Notes: generated from the letters alone by a model not told the origin. Positions 14,317-27,473 are shown, counted from the first letter of the stretch. The stretch is DNA of 64,000 nt from Octopus sinensis (GCF_006345805.1 NC_043021.1:14136001-14200000); one strand, 5' to 3'. A program made the numbers and translations.

Positions 14317-14850
14317 CCGGAGTAAACACATAAATGTGAAACAAGGTGGAAAAAAGAGTACTCAAATACCAGTGGTAGAGTAATATGCTTTATTTAAAGC
14401 AGCAGAAAATTCAACAAAACCTGTTACTCTGAGTTTCCCGTTACCGTTCATCGGACAGTTTTTGCTAGAATTTTCTAGCTTTAAATAAAGTATATATATA
14501 TATATACACATGTACATACATATATATATGATTTTTTAAATTATATAATGCACATACAAGTATGCGTGTTTGTGAGTGTATGTATATATATGTGTGTGTG
14601 TGTGTGTATACTCATCTAAACCTAGATAAAAGTTCGGATATATTGCTTTGTAATAATTATGTTTGATAAATGGAGCTTATCTCACTATTCATTTATCCAA
14701 TGTGACCGTTAATAATGCATGACTCGAATGACTAAACAAAGTTTCTGTGAGGGTAGAATAAAGACTTACCAACCCACTCAACTACCCAGCCATTCATTCA
14801 CATGTATGTATGTATATATATGTATGTGTATACATATGTGTGTGTATGTA

Positions 14851-14898
<48 letters not shown>

Positions 14899-15602
14899 GA
14901 CGTGCTTACCAACCACATGGTTACGGGTTCAGTCCCACTGCGTGGCACCTTGAGCAAGTGTCTTCTACTATAGCCTCGGGCCGACCAAAGCCTTGTGAGT
15001 GGATTTGGTAGACGGAAACTGAAAAGAAGCCCGTCGTATATATGTATATATATATATGTATGTTTGTGTGTCTGTGCTTTTGCCCTCAACATTGCTTGAC
15101 AACCGATACTGGTGTGTTTACGTCCCTGTAACTTAGTGGTTCAGCAAAAGAGACTGATAGAATAAGTACTAGGCTTACAAAGAATAAGTCCTAGGGTCGA
15201 TTTGCTCGACTAAAGGCGGTGCTCCAGCATGGCCGCAGTCAAATGACTGAAACAAGTGAAAGAGTAAGCAATACAACATATATGACTACTTCTGTTGTAA
15301 GTACTTATAATGATGACGATCATCATCATCATCGTTTATTGCATGGGTTGGATGGAATATTTGTGGCAGATTTTCTATAGCCAGATGCTTTTCCTGCTGC
15401 CAATCTTTACCTGTTTCCAAGTAAGGTAATATTTTCCCATGACCAAACTTTTTTTTTACCACAGAAGATTGGAAACGAAGGACACCGCTCGCATGATGGT
15501 GGAACTCATTTACAATTGTCATATGAAGTCAAGGCAAGGAGACAGTACCATACATGCACATATATACACACACATAAATATACATTATATATATTATATA
15601 TA

Positions 15603-15901
15603 TCACCGTGACTGACCAGGCTATCAGATGTTGCTACACATCGCTGGTCACAATGTGCTTCGCATTGTTTTAGCCTTCAAATGACGCCACCCTACTGGCT
15701 AAGCGAGCAGGCCAACAGAAGAAAGAGTGAGAGAAAGTTTTGGCGAAAGAGTACAGCAGGGATCGCCACTACCCCCTGCCGGAGCCTCGTGGAGCTTTAG
15801 GTATTTTCGCTCAATAAACACTCATAACGCCCGGTCTGGGAATCAAAACTGCAATCCTACGACCGCAAGTCCGCTGCCCTAACCATTGGGCCATTGCGCC
15901 T

Positions 15902-15903
<2 letters not shown>
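15603..15903 (-). mobile_element. SINE family C (GGAGGCGCAATGGCCCAGTGGTTAGGG...TTCGATTCCC)
   Basis: tRNA-like head. Copies at 16586-16868(+) and 17230-17603(-), with related-head copies at 18525-18672(-) and 57203-57445(+). Confidence 0.85.
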
Positions 15904-15935
<32 letters not shown>

Positions 15936-15936
15936 A

Positions 15937-16267
15937 AGAAGGTTTGAAAATGCAATTTTAAAGATGTTTATTCACTTGACTGGTTTCACTTTTTTAGAAA
16001 AAGATTGTCAAAAGTAAAATGTAAAGCTTTGTATAAGCTTTGTTGTGGTAAGTACTGGTTGTCACAAAAGTATTAAAATACATATTATACATTTTCTTAT
16101 TATTATCAAAGAATGTATATATGTATTTTTATACATCTGTGACAACCAGTACTTAATACAATAAAGCTTATATAAAGCTTTACATTTTACTTTTGACAAT
16201 CTTTTTCTAAAAAAGCGAAACCAGTCAAGTGAATAAACATCTTTAAAATTGCATTTTCAAACCTTCT
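15937..16267. repeat. Hairpin (inverted ~150-bp arms) in (TA)n with degenerate hammerhead-like motifs
   Basis: Arms 15937-~16085 and ~16120-16267. The right arm reads actt-TTGACAA-TCTTTTTctaaAAAAGC-GAAA-CCAGTC-aagt. Confidence 0.7.
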
Positions 16268-17890
16268 ATATATATATCCACTCATGCAGTACATTACAAC
16301 TTCACTTTGGTATATATATATATATATATAGCTAAAGCCCATTCAGTAGAACAGTGTCTTCAAGGAAGTCAGTATGAGAAGTACACGTAAGGCTATGCTA
16401 TCGTAATACAACAGTATTACAAAAGCCTTACAGTGCCTTTAGTAAATTAGAAGAGGTACACCAAGGGAAGATGAAAGAGGCTAAATCGGCTTAAGTCCAT
16501 TCCTGCTAAGCCGATTTAGCCTCTTTCATCTTCTCTTGGTGTACCTCTTCTAATTTTATTTATTTATATTTATATATATATATGTGGAGGTGCAATGGCC
16601 CAGTGGTTAGGGTAACAGACTCGCGGTTTCGATTCCCAGATTGGGCGTTGTGAGTGTTTATTGAGCGAAAACACCTAAGGCTCCACGGGGCTCTGGCAGG
16701 GGGTGGTGGCAATCCCTGCTGTACTCTTTCGCCATAACTTTCTCTCATTCTTTCTTCTGTTGGCTTGCTCGCTTAGCAGGGTGGCGTCATTTAAAGGCTA
16801 AAACAATGCGAAGCGCATTGTGACCAGCGATGTGTAGCAACATCTGATAGCCTGGTCGGTCATGGTGATATATATATATATATATATATGTTATAATAAT
16901 AAAATCTGTCGTTAGATGACATATGAGGATTCAGCAATTTCTTATCTAACAACCACTCAGATGATTTGTTTATAATGATAAAATGTTTGTGTAGACATAA
17001 GCTCACTCCCTCCTTCAAATTGACATTACCTGTACAGGTGCTATGGGTGCCAGATGTGAGATGATGAAATGATCACAGAACAATGTGAAATGAAGCACTT
17101 TGCTCAAGAACACAATGCAATGCCTGCTCTGGGACTCAATCTCGCAATCGTAAGTGCAACACCCTAACCACTAAGCCATGCACCTTCATATACATATATA
17201 TATATGTGTATATATATATAGAATGATACTCTGTCAGTTACAACAATGAGGGTTCCAGTTGATCCGATCAACGGAACAGCCTGCTCGTGAAATTAATGTG
17301 CAAGTGGCTGAGTACTCCACAGACACGTGTACCCTTAACGTAGTTCTCGGGGAGATTCAGTGTGACACAGATTATGACAAGGCTGGCCCTTTGAAATACA
17401 GGTACAACAGAAACAGGAAGAAAGAGTAAGAGAAAGTTGTGGTGAAAGAGTACAACAGGGTTCGCCACCACCTCCTGACGGGGCCTTGTGAAGCTTTAGG
17501 TGTTTTCGCTCAATAAACACTCACAATGCCTGGTCTGGGAATTGAAACCACGATCCTACGACCACAAGTCCACTGCCCTAACAACTGGGCAATTGTGCCT
17601 CCACTGTATATATAAATACATACACACACACATACGCACACCCACGCACATATACAGATGTATACATGTCACACTTGAGCTGTTTTGCCAATTAAACACG
17701 CACTATTTATTTGAACTTCACTTTGCCTTTTATTTGCATTATTCTAGTTTATATGTCTCTCAAACTTCTTTCATTATATATTCTGTTATATATTATATAT
17801 ATATCTTTTATTTATCTCTCACCAGATGGCGTACATTTTTTATTGATCTTACCATCATGGAATAGTACATTATCTCTCTATAAATATATA

Positions 17891-18520
17891 TCATCATCAT
17901 CATCATCATCCTTTAGCGTCCGTTTTCCATGCTAGCATGGGTTGGACGGTTCTACTGGGGTCTGTGAAGCCAGAAGGCTTCATCAGGCCCAGTCAAATCT
18001 GGCAGTGTTTCTACGGCTGGATGCCCTTCCTAACGCCAACCACTCCGTGAGTGTAGTGGGTGCTTTTTACGTGCCACCCGCACTGGTGCCAGACAGAGCT
18101 GGCAAACGGCCACGAACGGATGGTGCTTTTTATGTGCCACCGGCACGAGGGCCAGGCGAGGCTGGCAACGGACACGAAACGGGGCGGTGCTGGCAACGGT
18201 CGCGAAACGGAAAGTTCTCTTACATGCCACCGGCACTGGTAACACATCTGCAATTTCCATTGATCGATTTCCATTGATCGATTTCGATTCTGATCCTCAC
18301 TTGCCTCAATGGGTCTTCACAAGCAGAGTTTCGACATGCCACCGGCACTGGTAGCACATCCGCAATTTCCATTGATCGATTTCGATTCTGATCCTCACTT
18401 GCCTCAACACGTCTTCACAAGTAGAGTTTTGTGTCCCAAGAAGGGAAGGTATGCATACGTAGGCTGGCTCCATCCCATGTAGAAGGCCACGGGTTGTGGA
18501 CTCACTTGTCCTGCCGGGTC
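17891..18520 (-). mobile_element. Truncated RTE LINE 3' UTR copy
   Basis: Same (CAT)n...ttccatgctagcatgggttggacgg terminus and ggatgcccttcctaacgccaaccactcc block as the 21.3-kb LINE. Confidence 0.85.
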
Positions 18521-21330
18521 ATACAGGTACAACTCATTTTTGCCAGCTGAGTGGACTGGAGCAACGTGAAATAAAGTGTCTTGCTCAAGGACACAATGCA
18601 TCGCTGGGAATCGAACTCATGACCTTACAATCGTCAGTCGAATGCCCTGACCACTAAGCCACGCGCCTTCACAAACAGAAACACACAAATACACACACAT
18701 ATATATATACATATAAGCTTCTTACCATACAGCCACTCCTTGAAGAATAATTTTTTTTTGTTTTTAAATGAACATAAAATAATTATGAACAGTTAACAAC
18801 AGATGTTCTAACAACCTGATGTCATGAGAATAGAGACCAGTGGCCCACAGCTGTTAACATTCTTTCACTGAGTAAACCACTTTGTTGCAGTGTTATGTGA
18901 AATTATCAGAATCAATTATACTTGACAGAAGGTCAACTACTACTTTGAATAACAATGATTTCAAATTTTGGCACAAGGCCAGCAATTTGGGGGGGGCGGA
19001 GTAAGTCAATTACAATGACCCCCAATGCTGCTCAATTTCATGTAAGGGAATTTGGTAGACAGAAACTGCAGGAAGGCCTTTTCTCTCTCTCTCTCTCTCT
19101 CAATATGTGTGTATATATATATATATCTCATCATTATTATCGTTTAATGTCTGCTTTCCATGCTGGCATGGGTTGGACGGTTTGATTGAGGACTGGTGAG
19201 CCAGATGGCTGCACCAGGTTCCAATCTGATCTGGCAGAGTTTCTACAGCTGGATGCCTTTTCTAACACCAACCACTCTGAGAGTGTAGTGGATGCTTTTT
19301 ACATGCCACTGGTACAAGGGCCAGTCAGGCGATATATATATATATATATATATATAGGCACAGGTGAAGCTATGTGGTAAGAAGCTTGCTTCCCAACCAC
19401 ATGGTTCTGGGTTCAGTCCCACTGTGTGGCACCTTGGGCAAGTGTCTTCTACTACAACCTCAGGTGGAGTGAATTGCATCGTGGTGCTGTTTTACTCAAA
19501 GGCGGTACCCAATTGACTGTACTATACTGTGTTGTCAACAAAATCAAAAACAATGAACATGCACAGCATTAAAAATATAAAATGGAGACAATTTACCCAT
19601 CGCATCCTGTATACACACACACACACACACACATACACACACTGAAGCGGGTGATGAAAAGTTCCTGGCTTTGGGTATAAGAAAGTACAAGAGGATCAGT
19701 TAATTATGATTTCATTTAACATATTCTCCTCTCAGATATTGCAACAATTCAAATTTTTTCTAAGCCCTGTAAGAGAACTCGGAAGGATGGACTTCCAACC
19801 AGGCTTTTGTGATACCTTTAAAGCCAGGAACTTTTCAGCACCCCATCATACATACGCAAACACACACACACACACACACACATTTATTGTATACACATGG
19901 TGTCCGCTTGTGCGAAAGTACACAATGGGTTGCCTTGTACTATTTTTTTTGATCTCTTGGCGTCCTGAGTTCAAATCCTACTGTGGCCTACTTGGGTGGT
20001 AGACTCAGTCCATTGTCCAGTGGATCAACACCACCTGACATCTTGGGCACCTTTAGTAGAGTCCACTCTGATGCAAGCATCCAGACCATGTTTCCAGTTT
20101 GAGGATGCCCTCCACCCTCCTTTTCGCTTCTCTTGGAGGTCCTGTAAAGGGTCATAAGCAATGCTTTTTTTCCAGCCACTATTCCTGGGAAGGGGTGGGG
20201 TTCATGGAGGTAAAATCCTCAGGTATCTCCTATATAGGGCCTTCTCAGAAGCTAATCATCTCCAGATTTTCTGGCTGGATTCCAAAACCTAACAAATTGA
20301 GACTATGGATATTATCCAACCATCCTGTTCTTGATCCAGTTCTAGGCAACATCAAAATTCATGTTCCAAATACTAGCTTGATAATGAAAAAGCTATTTTA
20401 CTAAACACTTCATTATTTTAAAAAATTAAATTAACCAAAAGCTATATAAATTCAACAGAAGCTTAATAACAAACGGGTTAAGAGGATTGAGGTGACCTCA
20501 CTAGTTCTGGAGCCATGAAAAAGGCACCCAAGACAGTCCTTAAAGTGGATGGCATTACGAAGGGCATCCAGTCACAGGGGACGTATGAAAGCAATCATTA
20601 GAGTATGACATCATCCTATGATTTGTCAGGTCCCACTGAACCATCTGAACTGTGCCTACCAACGCCACCCTCACCACCAAATTGATAGTGAAGAAAAAGT
20701 TTTGATGAGGATTGAAGCTTTCCTACATAACAGAGAGAGAATGCTGTTTGTCCATTAACAGGGCATGATCAAGAATTTCTCAAATATCAGTGAGAGAAAT
20801 GGGGATACTTCAGGAATCAGTATGTGTGCCCATTATTTTTGTAAAGTCAGCATTGAACGTTAAGGACAAACTTATGAATATACTTTGGACAGACAAAATT
20901 ATGATAATAGAAAGGTTAATTTAAATGCATATCCTCTAAAAGTCAAGGTTTTGTTGCTCTGAACCAGGTGTGGTCTCAGGTAAGTTTACATTGAAAAGGT
21001 TAGAATAATGAAAATATACTTTAAAATATGGCAATACAGTATATGAGAACAATGAAAATATATAAAATGAGGTCAGAAACGCACACTTTACGTGAAATAT
21101 AAATTAAATTACTTAGCAAAGATATCAGGATCTTTCTTCTTTCTGAAAGAAATATTAGGTGTAGGCATGGTTGCGTGGTAAGAAGTTTGCTTCTCAACCA
21201 CATGATTCTGGGTTCAGTCCAACTGTGTGGCACCTTGGGCAAGTGTCTTTCACTATAGCCCCTGGGTCAACAAAAACCTTGTGAGTGGATTTGGTAGATG
21301 GAAACTGAAAGAGCCTATCATATATATATA

Positions 21331-23712
21331 TCATCATCATCATCATCATCGTTTAACGTCTGCTTTCCATGCTAGCATGGGTTGGACAGTTCAACTGGGG
21401 TCTGGCAAGCCCAAAGGCTGCACCAGGCCAGTCAGATCTGGCAATGTTTCTACAGCTGGATGCCTTTCCTAACGCCAACCACTCCGAAAGTGTAGTTGGT
21501 GATTTTATGTGCCACTGACACAGGTGCCAGACGAGGCTGGCAGACGGCCACGCTTGGATGGTGTTTTTTTATGTGCCACCGACACAGGTGCCAGACGAGG
21601 CTGGCGAATGGCCACGCTCGGATGGTGTTTGTTACGTGCCCACAGCACGGAGGCCAGTCGATGCGGTACTGGCTAGGGTCACGTTCGGATGGTTTTCTTA
21701 TGTGCCACCGGCACTGGTACCACAAGGATACAAATTCCATTGATGTTCATCTATTTTGATTTGGTTTGATTTGATTTGATTTTCACTTGCCTCAACAGGT
21801 CTTCACAAGTGTCACAAGAAGGAAGGTATGCACAGGTGGACTGACTACGTCCCAGGTAGGGGCCACGGGTTATGGCTTCACTAGTCTTGCCGGGTCTTCT
21901 CACGTACAGCATACTTCCATAGGTCTCGGTCTCTAGTCATTTCCATGGTGAGACCTAACGTTCGAAGGTCGTGCTTCACCACCTCGTCCCAGGTTTTCCT
22001 GGGTCTACCTCTTCCACGGGTTCCCTCAACTGCTAGGGATTGGCACTTTCTCACACACCTATCTTCATCCATTCTCGCCACATGACCATACCAGTGCAAT
22101 CGTCTCTCTTGCACACCACAACTGATGCTTCTTAGGTACATTTCTCTCAAGGAACTAACGCTCTGTCGAGTAAGTACACTGACATTACACATCCATCGGA
22201 GCATACTGGCTTCATTCCTCATGAGCTTACGCATGTCCTCAGCAGTCACAGCCCATGTTTCACTGCCATGTAGCATGGCAGTTCGTACACATGCATCATA
22301 CAGTGTGCCTTTTACTCCGAGCGAGAGGCCTTTAGTCACCAGCAGAGGTAAGAGCTCCCTAAACTTTGCCCAGGCTATTCTTATTCTAGCAGTTACACTC
22401 TCAGCGCACCCACCCCCACTACTGACTTGGTCACCTAGATAACGGAAGCTATCAACTATTTCTAGTTTTTCCCCCTGGAAAGTGACGGAAGTTGTTTTCT
22501 GCAGATTTTCGGAGGTCACTGCTCCCGAGCATCTGCCACATACAAAAACTATCTTCCCAGTTAGCCTACCTCCTATGTGTCCATAGCTTACACTGGGTAC
22601 ATCTTATAGAGTTTCTACCTACACCTTTTCTACAGATCGAGCAGGGCCATCTTCCTGAGGACATTTGTGGATTGTCTACCTTTCTACTTATTAGTACTTT
22701 GGTTTTAGCTAGGTTGACTCTAAGGCCCCTCGATTCTAAACCCTCCTTCCACACCTGGAACTTCTCCTCCAGTTCTGATAGTGACTCAGCAATTAGAGCG
22801 AGGTCGTCAGCATAGAGGAGCTCCCAGGGGCAACCTGTCTTGAATTCCTCCACAATTGCCTGGAGGACTATGATAAATAGGAGGGGGCTGAGTACTGAAC
22901 CCTGGTGGACCCCAACCGTTACTTTGAATTCTTCTGTGTACATGTTACCAACCCTAACCTTACTTACGGCATCTCTGTACATAGCTTGCACAGCCCTCAC
23001 CAGCCATTCATCTATCCCTAGTTTCCTCATTGACCACCAGATGAGGGATCGGGGGACCCTGTCAAAGGCTTTCTCCATGTCAACGAAAGCCAGGTACAGG
23101 GGCTTATCTTTGGCTAGGTATTTCTCCTGCAGCTGCCTTACCAGGAATATAGCATCAGTGGTGCTTTTCCCTGGCACGAACCCAAACTGCATCTCATCTA
23201 AACTAACTCTCTCTCTAATTAGTTGGGCTATGACCCTCTCCGTAACCTTCATTACCTGATCCAGCAGCTTGATACCTCTGTAATTATTTGTATCTAGGGC
23301 ATCACCTTTACCTTTGTAGCATTAACTAGTATGCTGCTACACCAGTCATTGGGTATGACTCCTTCGTGTATCACCTGGTTGACTATACGGGTGACTAGGT
23401 TATAGCCAACACTGCCAGATATTTTGAGCATCTCTGCAGTAATTCCTGATGGGCCTGGGGCTTTCCCTGTCTTCATGCTTCTAATTGCCTTAGCTACCAC
23501 GGAACTATCAACTCGGATAGCTGGTCCCTCTGTTGGGTCAACATTCGGCAGACTCTCTTTATCCCATTCATTTTCTTTATTCAGCAACCTTTCATAGTGG
23601 CATCTTCAAACCTCTCTCTTTGCATCCTCATTTAGCGCAAGTGAACCATCATCCATGCGAACACACTTCTCTCCTACCACATCACGATTCTCTCTCACAC
23701 ACTGTCTTGCAA
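21331..23712 (-). mobile_element. 5'-truncated RTE-clade LINE (frameshifted RT, 3' UTR, (ATG)n tail)
   Basis: ORFs 23294-23587, 22566-23252 and 21881-22519 give KAPGPSGI, QFGFVPGKSTTDAIF, FVDMEKAFDRV, GVHQGSVLSPLLF, LLYADD, FRYLG and RRLHWYGHVARM. The 3' UTR ends in an ATG microsatellite at ~21331-21350. Confidence 0.95.
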
Positions 23713-24084
23713 CAGTGTGTTGAGTTCTTGAGCAAGACACTTCATTTCACATTGCTCCAGTTAACTCAGCTGTACTAATGAGTTGTGATGTCACTGGTGC
23801 CCCAGCATGGCTGCTGCTCCAGTGACTGAAACAAGGAAGTGTGTGAATGATAACAGATAAAAGACAAACAAAAAAGTTAATGGAATGGATTAAAATACAT
23901 TTTGATAAGGAGCAATGGTAGTGGTGGCGGTGGCTGTGGTGGGGGTCGTGGTGGAAGTACTTTGAGAATACATGGGGAATTTTGCACTGGTCGTTGGTTG
24001 CCTAGTGCTGACGTAAAAACAACAGGCAGGAAGGATAGCAAGCACGTTTAGACACTGACCAGTAAGCAGACAGACTGATAAATG

Positions 24085-24985
24085 TTGTAGTGGTGGCGGC
24101 GGTGATAATTATGATAATAGTGGTGGTGCTGACGGTGGTGGTGATAATTATGATGATGATGATAGTGGTGGTGATAATGGTAGTAGCAGTAGTGGGGTGG
24201 TGGTGGTGATAATTATGATGATGATGATAGTGGTGGTGATAATGGTAGTGGCAGTAGGTGGTGGTGGTGGTGGTGATAATGGTAGTGGCAGTAGTGGTGG
24301 TGGTGGTGGTGATAATTATGATGATGATGATAGTGGTGGTGATAATGGTAGTGGCAGTAGTGGTGGTGGTGGTGGTGATAATTATGATGATGATGATAGT
24401 GGTGGTGATAATGGTAGTGGCAGTAGTGGTGGTGGTGATAATTATGATGATGATGATAGTGGTGGTGGTGGTGGTGATAATGGTAGTGGCAGTAGTGGTG
24501 GTGGTGGTGGTGGTGATAATTATGATGATGATGATAGTGGTGGTGATAATGGTAGTGGCAGTAGTGGTGGTGGTGGTGGTGATAATTATGATGATGATAA
24601 TAGTGGTAGTTGTAGTGGTGGTGATAATGGTGGAGGCATTAGTGGTGGTGGTGGTGGTGGTGGTGAAAATTATGATGGTGATAGTGGAAGTTGTAGTGGT
24701 GGCAGTAGTGGTAGTGGTTGTGATGATGAAAGTGGGAATGCTGGTGGTGGTGATAATTATGATGATGATGATGATAGTGGTAGTTGTAGTGGTGGTGATA
24801 ATGGTAGTGGCAGTGGTGGTTGTGACGATGGAAGTGGGAATGGTGGTGGTGATAATTATGACGCTGATGATGGTAGTGGCAGTGGCGATGATAATTATGT
24901 TGCTGCTGCTGCTGCTGATGATGATGATGGTGATAGTGGTGGCGAGAATGATGAACGTGGTGGTGGTGGTGGTGGAGGTGGTTGC
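24085..24985. repeat. Compound GGT/GAT/AGT trinucleotide repeat with ~60-bp higher-order periodicity
   Basis: Recurrent GATAATTATGATGATGATGATAGTGGTGGTGATAATGGTAGTGGCAGTAGTGGTGGT blocks. Confidence 0.9.
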
Positions 24986-25959
24986 ACAAGCATGAAACTG
25001 ATATATTTGTTCTGAAGCAAAGAAAGATGAGTTGGTAGAATTATTAGGGAGTTAGATGGTAAGCAGCTTGCTTACCAACCACATGGCTCTGGGTTCATTC
25101 CCACTGCATGGCATCTTAGGCAAGTGTCTTCTGCTATAGCCTCGGGCCAACCAAAGCCTAGTGAGCGGATTTGGTAGACGGAAATTGAAAGAAGCTCATC
25201 GAATATATATATATATATATACATATATACGACAGGCTTCTTTCAGTTTCCGTCTACCAAATCCACTCACAAGGCATTGGTCGGCCCAGGGCTATAGCAG
25301 AAGACACTTGCCCAAGATGCCACGCAGTGGGACTGAACCCTGAACCATGTGGTTGGTTAGCAAGCTACTTACCATACAGCCACTCCTGCGCCTATATCGA
25401 GATCTCTTCAGATATGTTGTGACTGCAAAGACCCGACAAATAATATTAGTTCATGGCTGTTTCCTGCACCGGTTTTGCACAACCCCAGCCCATCCAAAGT
25501 ACCTTGGATTGCAGAATGACCTGCTGTGCTTACCTTGGATCATAGGATGACCTGCTGTGCTTGAGGAGAGCTATTGAGTCAAGTACATCAACATCAAAAG
25601 AAATATCAAATGGCAATTGTAGTTGTGATACCTGTGCCAGTGGCACATAAAGAGCACCACATATATATATATATATATATAATAATTAATTAATAAGGGT
25701 GAGAGAATTAGATACTAATTTAATAGTATATCTATTCTACAACCAAGTGGCCTAGTGCTCCGAGAAACCTGGATTATTATAATATTTTATAATATATTAT
25801 AATATTTTACAAAATAAAATAAGAGAGTGGTCACTATATGGCTCACTCTAGCACCAGTTAATCCAAAAGGTTCAACCACCAAAAAAATACATGTTTCCCA
25901 TGAAAGTCAGTACGATTGTTAGCTCACACGGACAGGGCAAATAAAAAATAACAAAAATA

Positions 25960-26053
25960 CAGATTATTTTGGGACAATTGTTTCGCTATTAATGAATTAA
26001 ATGTATATTTTACAAAAAAATCCACTTGTAGCTCCTCAGACCAAAACTATCTG
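25960..26053 (-). ncRNA. Type I hammerhead ribozyme in the inverted partial copy
   Basis: Reverse complement reads CAGATAGTTTTGG-t-CTGAGGA-GCTA...TAGC-GAAA-CAATTGTC-CCAAAATAATCTG, with one extra nucleotide before the core. Confidence 0.78.
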
Positions 26054-26311
26054 GATGAAATCCACTCAATCACACGCCAGATTTTATTAAATTATTATTA
26101 CTATTAAATTAGTATCTAATTCTCTCACCCTTATTAATTAATTATAATTATGCTGCATTTATTTCTAAATGCTGTATTTGTTTTCCGTGAAAATTTGGCG
26201 CGCGTAGTGTTAGTTGGGGCATTTGAATTATAACGTCGGATGTAATCAATGAACCACACGCGTTATTTATCGTTTTATGGTAAAATCTGGCGTGTGATTG
26301 AGTGGATCATC

Positions 26312-26406
26312 CAGATAGTTTTGGCTGAGGAGCTACAAGTGGATTTTTTTGTAAGTAAAATTACATTAATTCATTAATAGCGAAACAATTGTCCCAAAAT
26401 AATCTG
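26312..26406 (+). ncRNA. Type I hammerhead ribozyme (array unit 1), intact core
   Basis: Same motif: CTGAGGA at 26325-26331, TAGC-GAAA-CAATTGTC, predicted cleavage after 26393. Confidence 0.88.
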
Positions 26407-26843
26407 TATTTTTGTTATTTTTTATTTGCCCTGTCCGTGTGAGCTAACAATCGTACTGATTTCATGGGAAACATGTTATTTTTTGGTTGAAACCTTTTGG
26501 ATTAAATGGTGCTAGAGTGAGCCATATAGTGACCACTCTCTTATATTATTTTGTAAAAAATATTATAATATATTATAAAATATTATAATAATCCAGGTTT
26601 CTCGGAGCACTAGGCCACTTGGTGTAGAATAGATTATACTATTAAATTAGTATCTAATTCTCTCACCCTTATTAATTAATATAATTATGCTGCATTATTT
26701 CTAAATGCTGTATTTGTTTTCCGTGTGAAAATTTGCGCGCGCTGTTAGGGGGCATTTGAATTTAACGTCGGATGTAATCAATTGAACCACACGCGTATTT
26801 ATCGTTATGGTAAAATCTGGCGTGTGATTGAGTGGATTTCATC

Positions 26844-26937
26844 CAGATAGTTTTGGCTGAGGAGCTACAAGTGGATTTTTTGTAAGTAAAATAACATTTA
26901 ATTCATTAATAGCGAAACAATTGGCCCAAATAATCTG
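26844..26937 (+). ncRNA. Type I hammerhead ribozyme (array unit 2), cleavage triplet altered
   Basis: CTGAGGA at 26857-26863 and GAAA are intact, but the triplet reads GGC instead of GTC at 26923-26925. Confidence 0.75.
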
Positions 26938-27377
26938 TATTTTTTATTTATTTTATTTGCCCTGTCCGTGTGAGCTAACAATCGTACTGACTTTCATGGG
27001 AAACATGTATTTTTGTGGTTGAAACCTTTTGGATTAACTGGTGCTAGAGTGAGCCATATAGTGACCACTCTCTTATATTATTTTTTGTAACAAATATTAT
27101 AATAATTATAAAATATTATAATAATCCAAGTTTCTCGGAGCACTAGGCCACTTGGTGTAGAATAGATATACTATTAAATTAGTATCTAATTCTCTCACCC
27201 TTATTAATTAATTATAATTATGCTGCATTATTTCTAAATGCTGTATTTGTTTTCCTGTGAAAAATTTGGCGCGCTGTTAGTTGGGGCATTTGAATTATAA
27301 CGTCGGATGTAATCAATTGAACCACACGCGTATTATCATTATGGTAAAATCTGGCGTGTGATTGAGTGGATTTCATC

Positions 27378-27473
27378 CAGATAGTTTTGGCTGAGGAGCT
27401 ACAAGTGGATTTTTTTGTAAGTAAAATTACATTTAATTCATTAATAGCGAAACAATTGTCCCAAAATAATCTG
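27378..27473 (+). ncRNA. Type I hammerhead ribozyme (array unit 3), intact core
   Basis: Stem I CAGATAGTTTTGG / CCAAAATAATCTG. Core CTGAGGA at 27391-27397. Stem II GCTA...TAGC, then GAAA, palindromic helix III ACAATTGT, and a GTC triplet with predicted cleavage after 27460. Confidence 0.9.

Noticed and set aside
24197-25015. 272-aa Gly/Asp/Ser-rich ORF and overlapping poly-Val/Met and poly-His ORFs
   Set aside because: A trinucleotide repeat is open in several frames at once. There is no splice or homology support.
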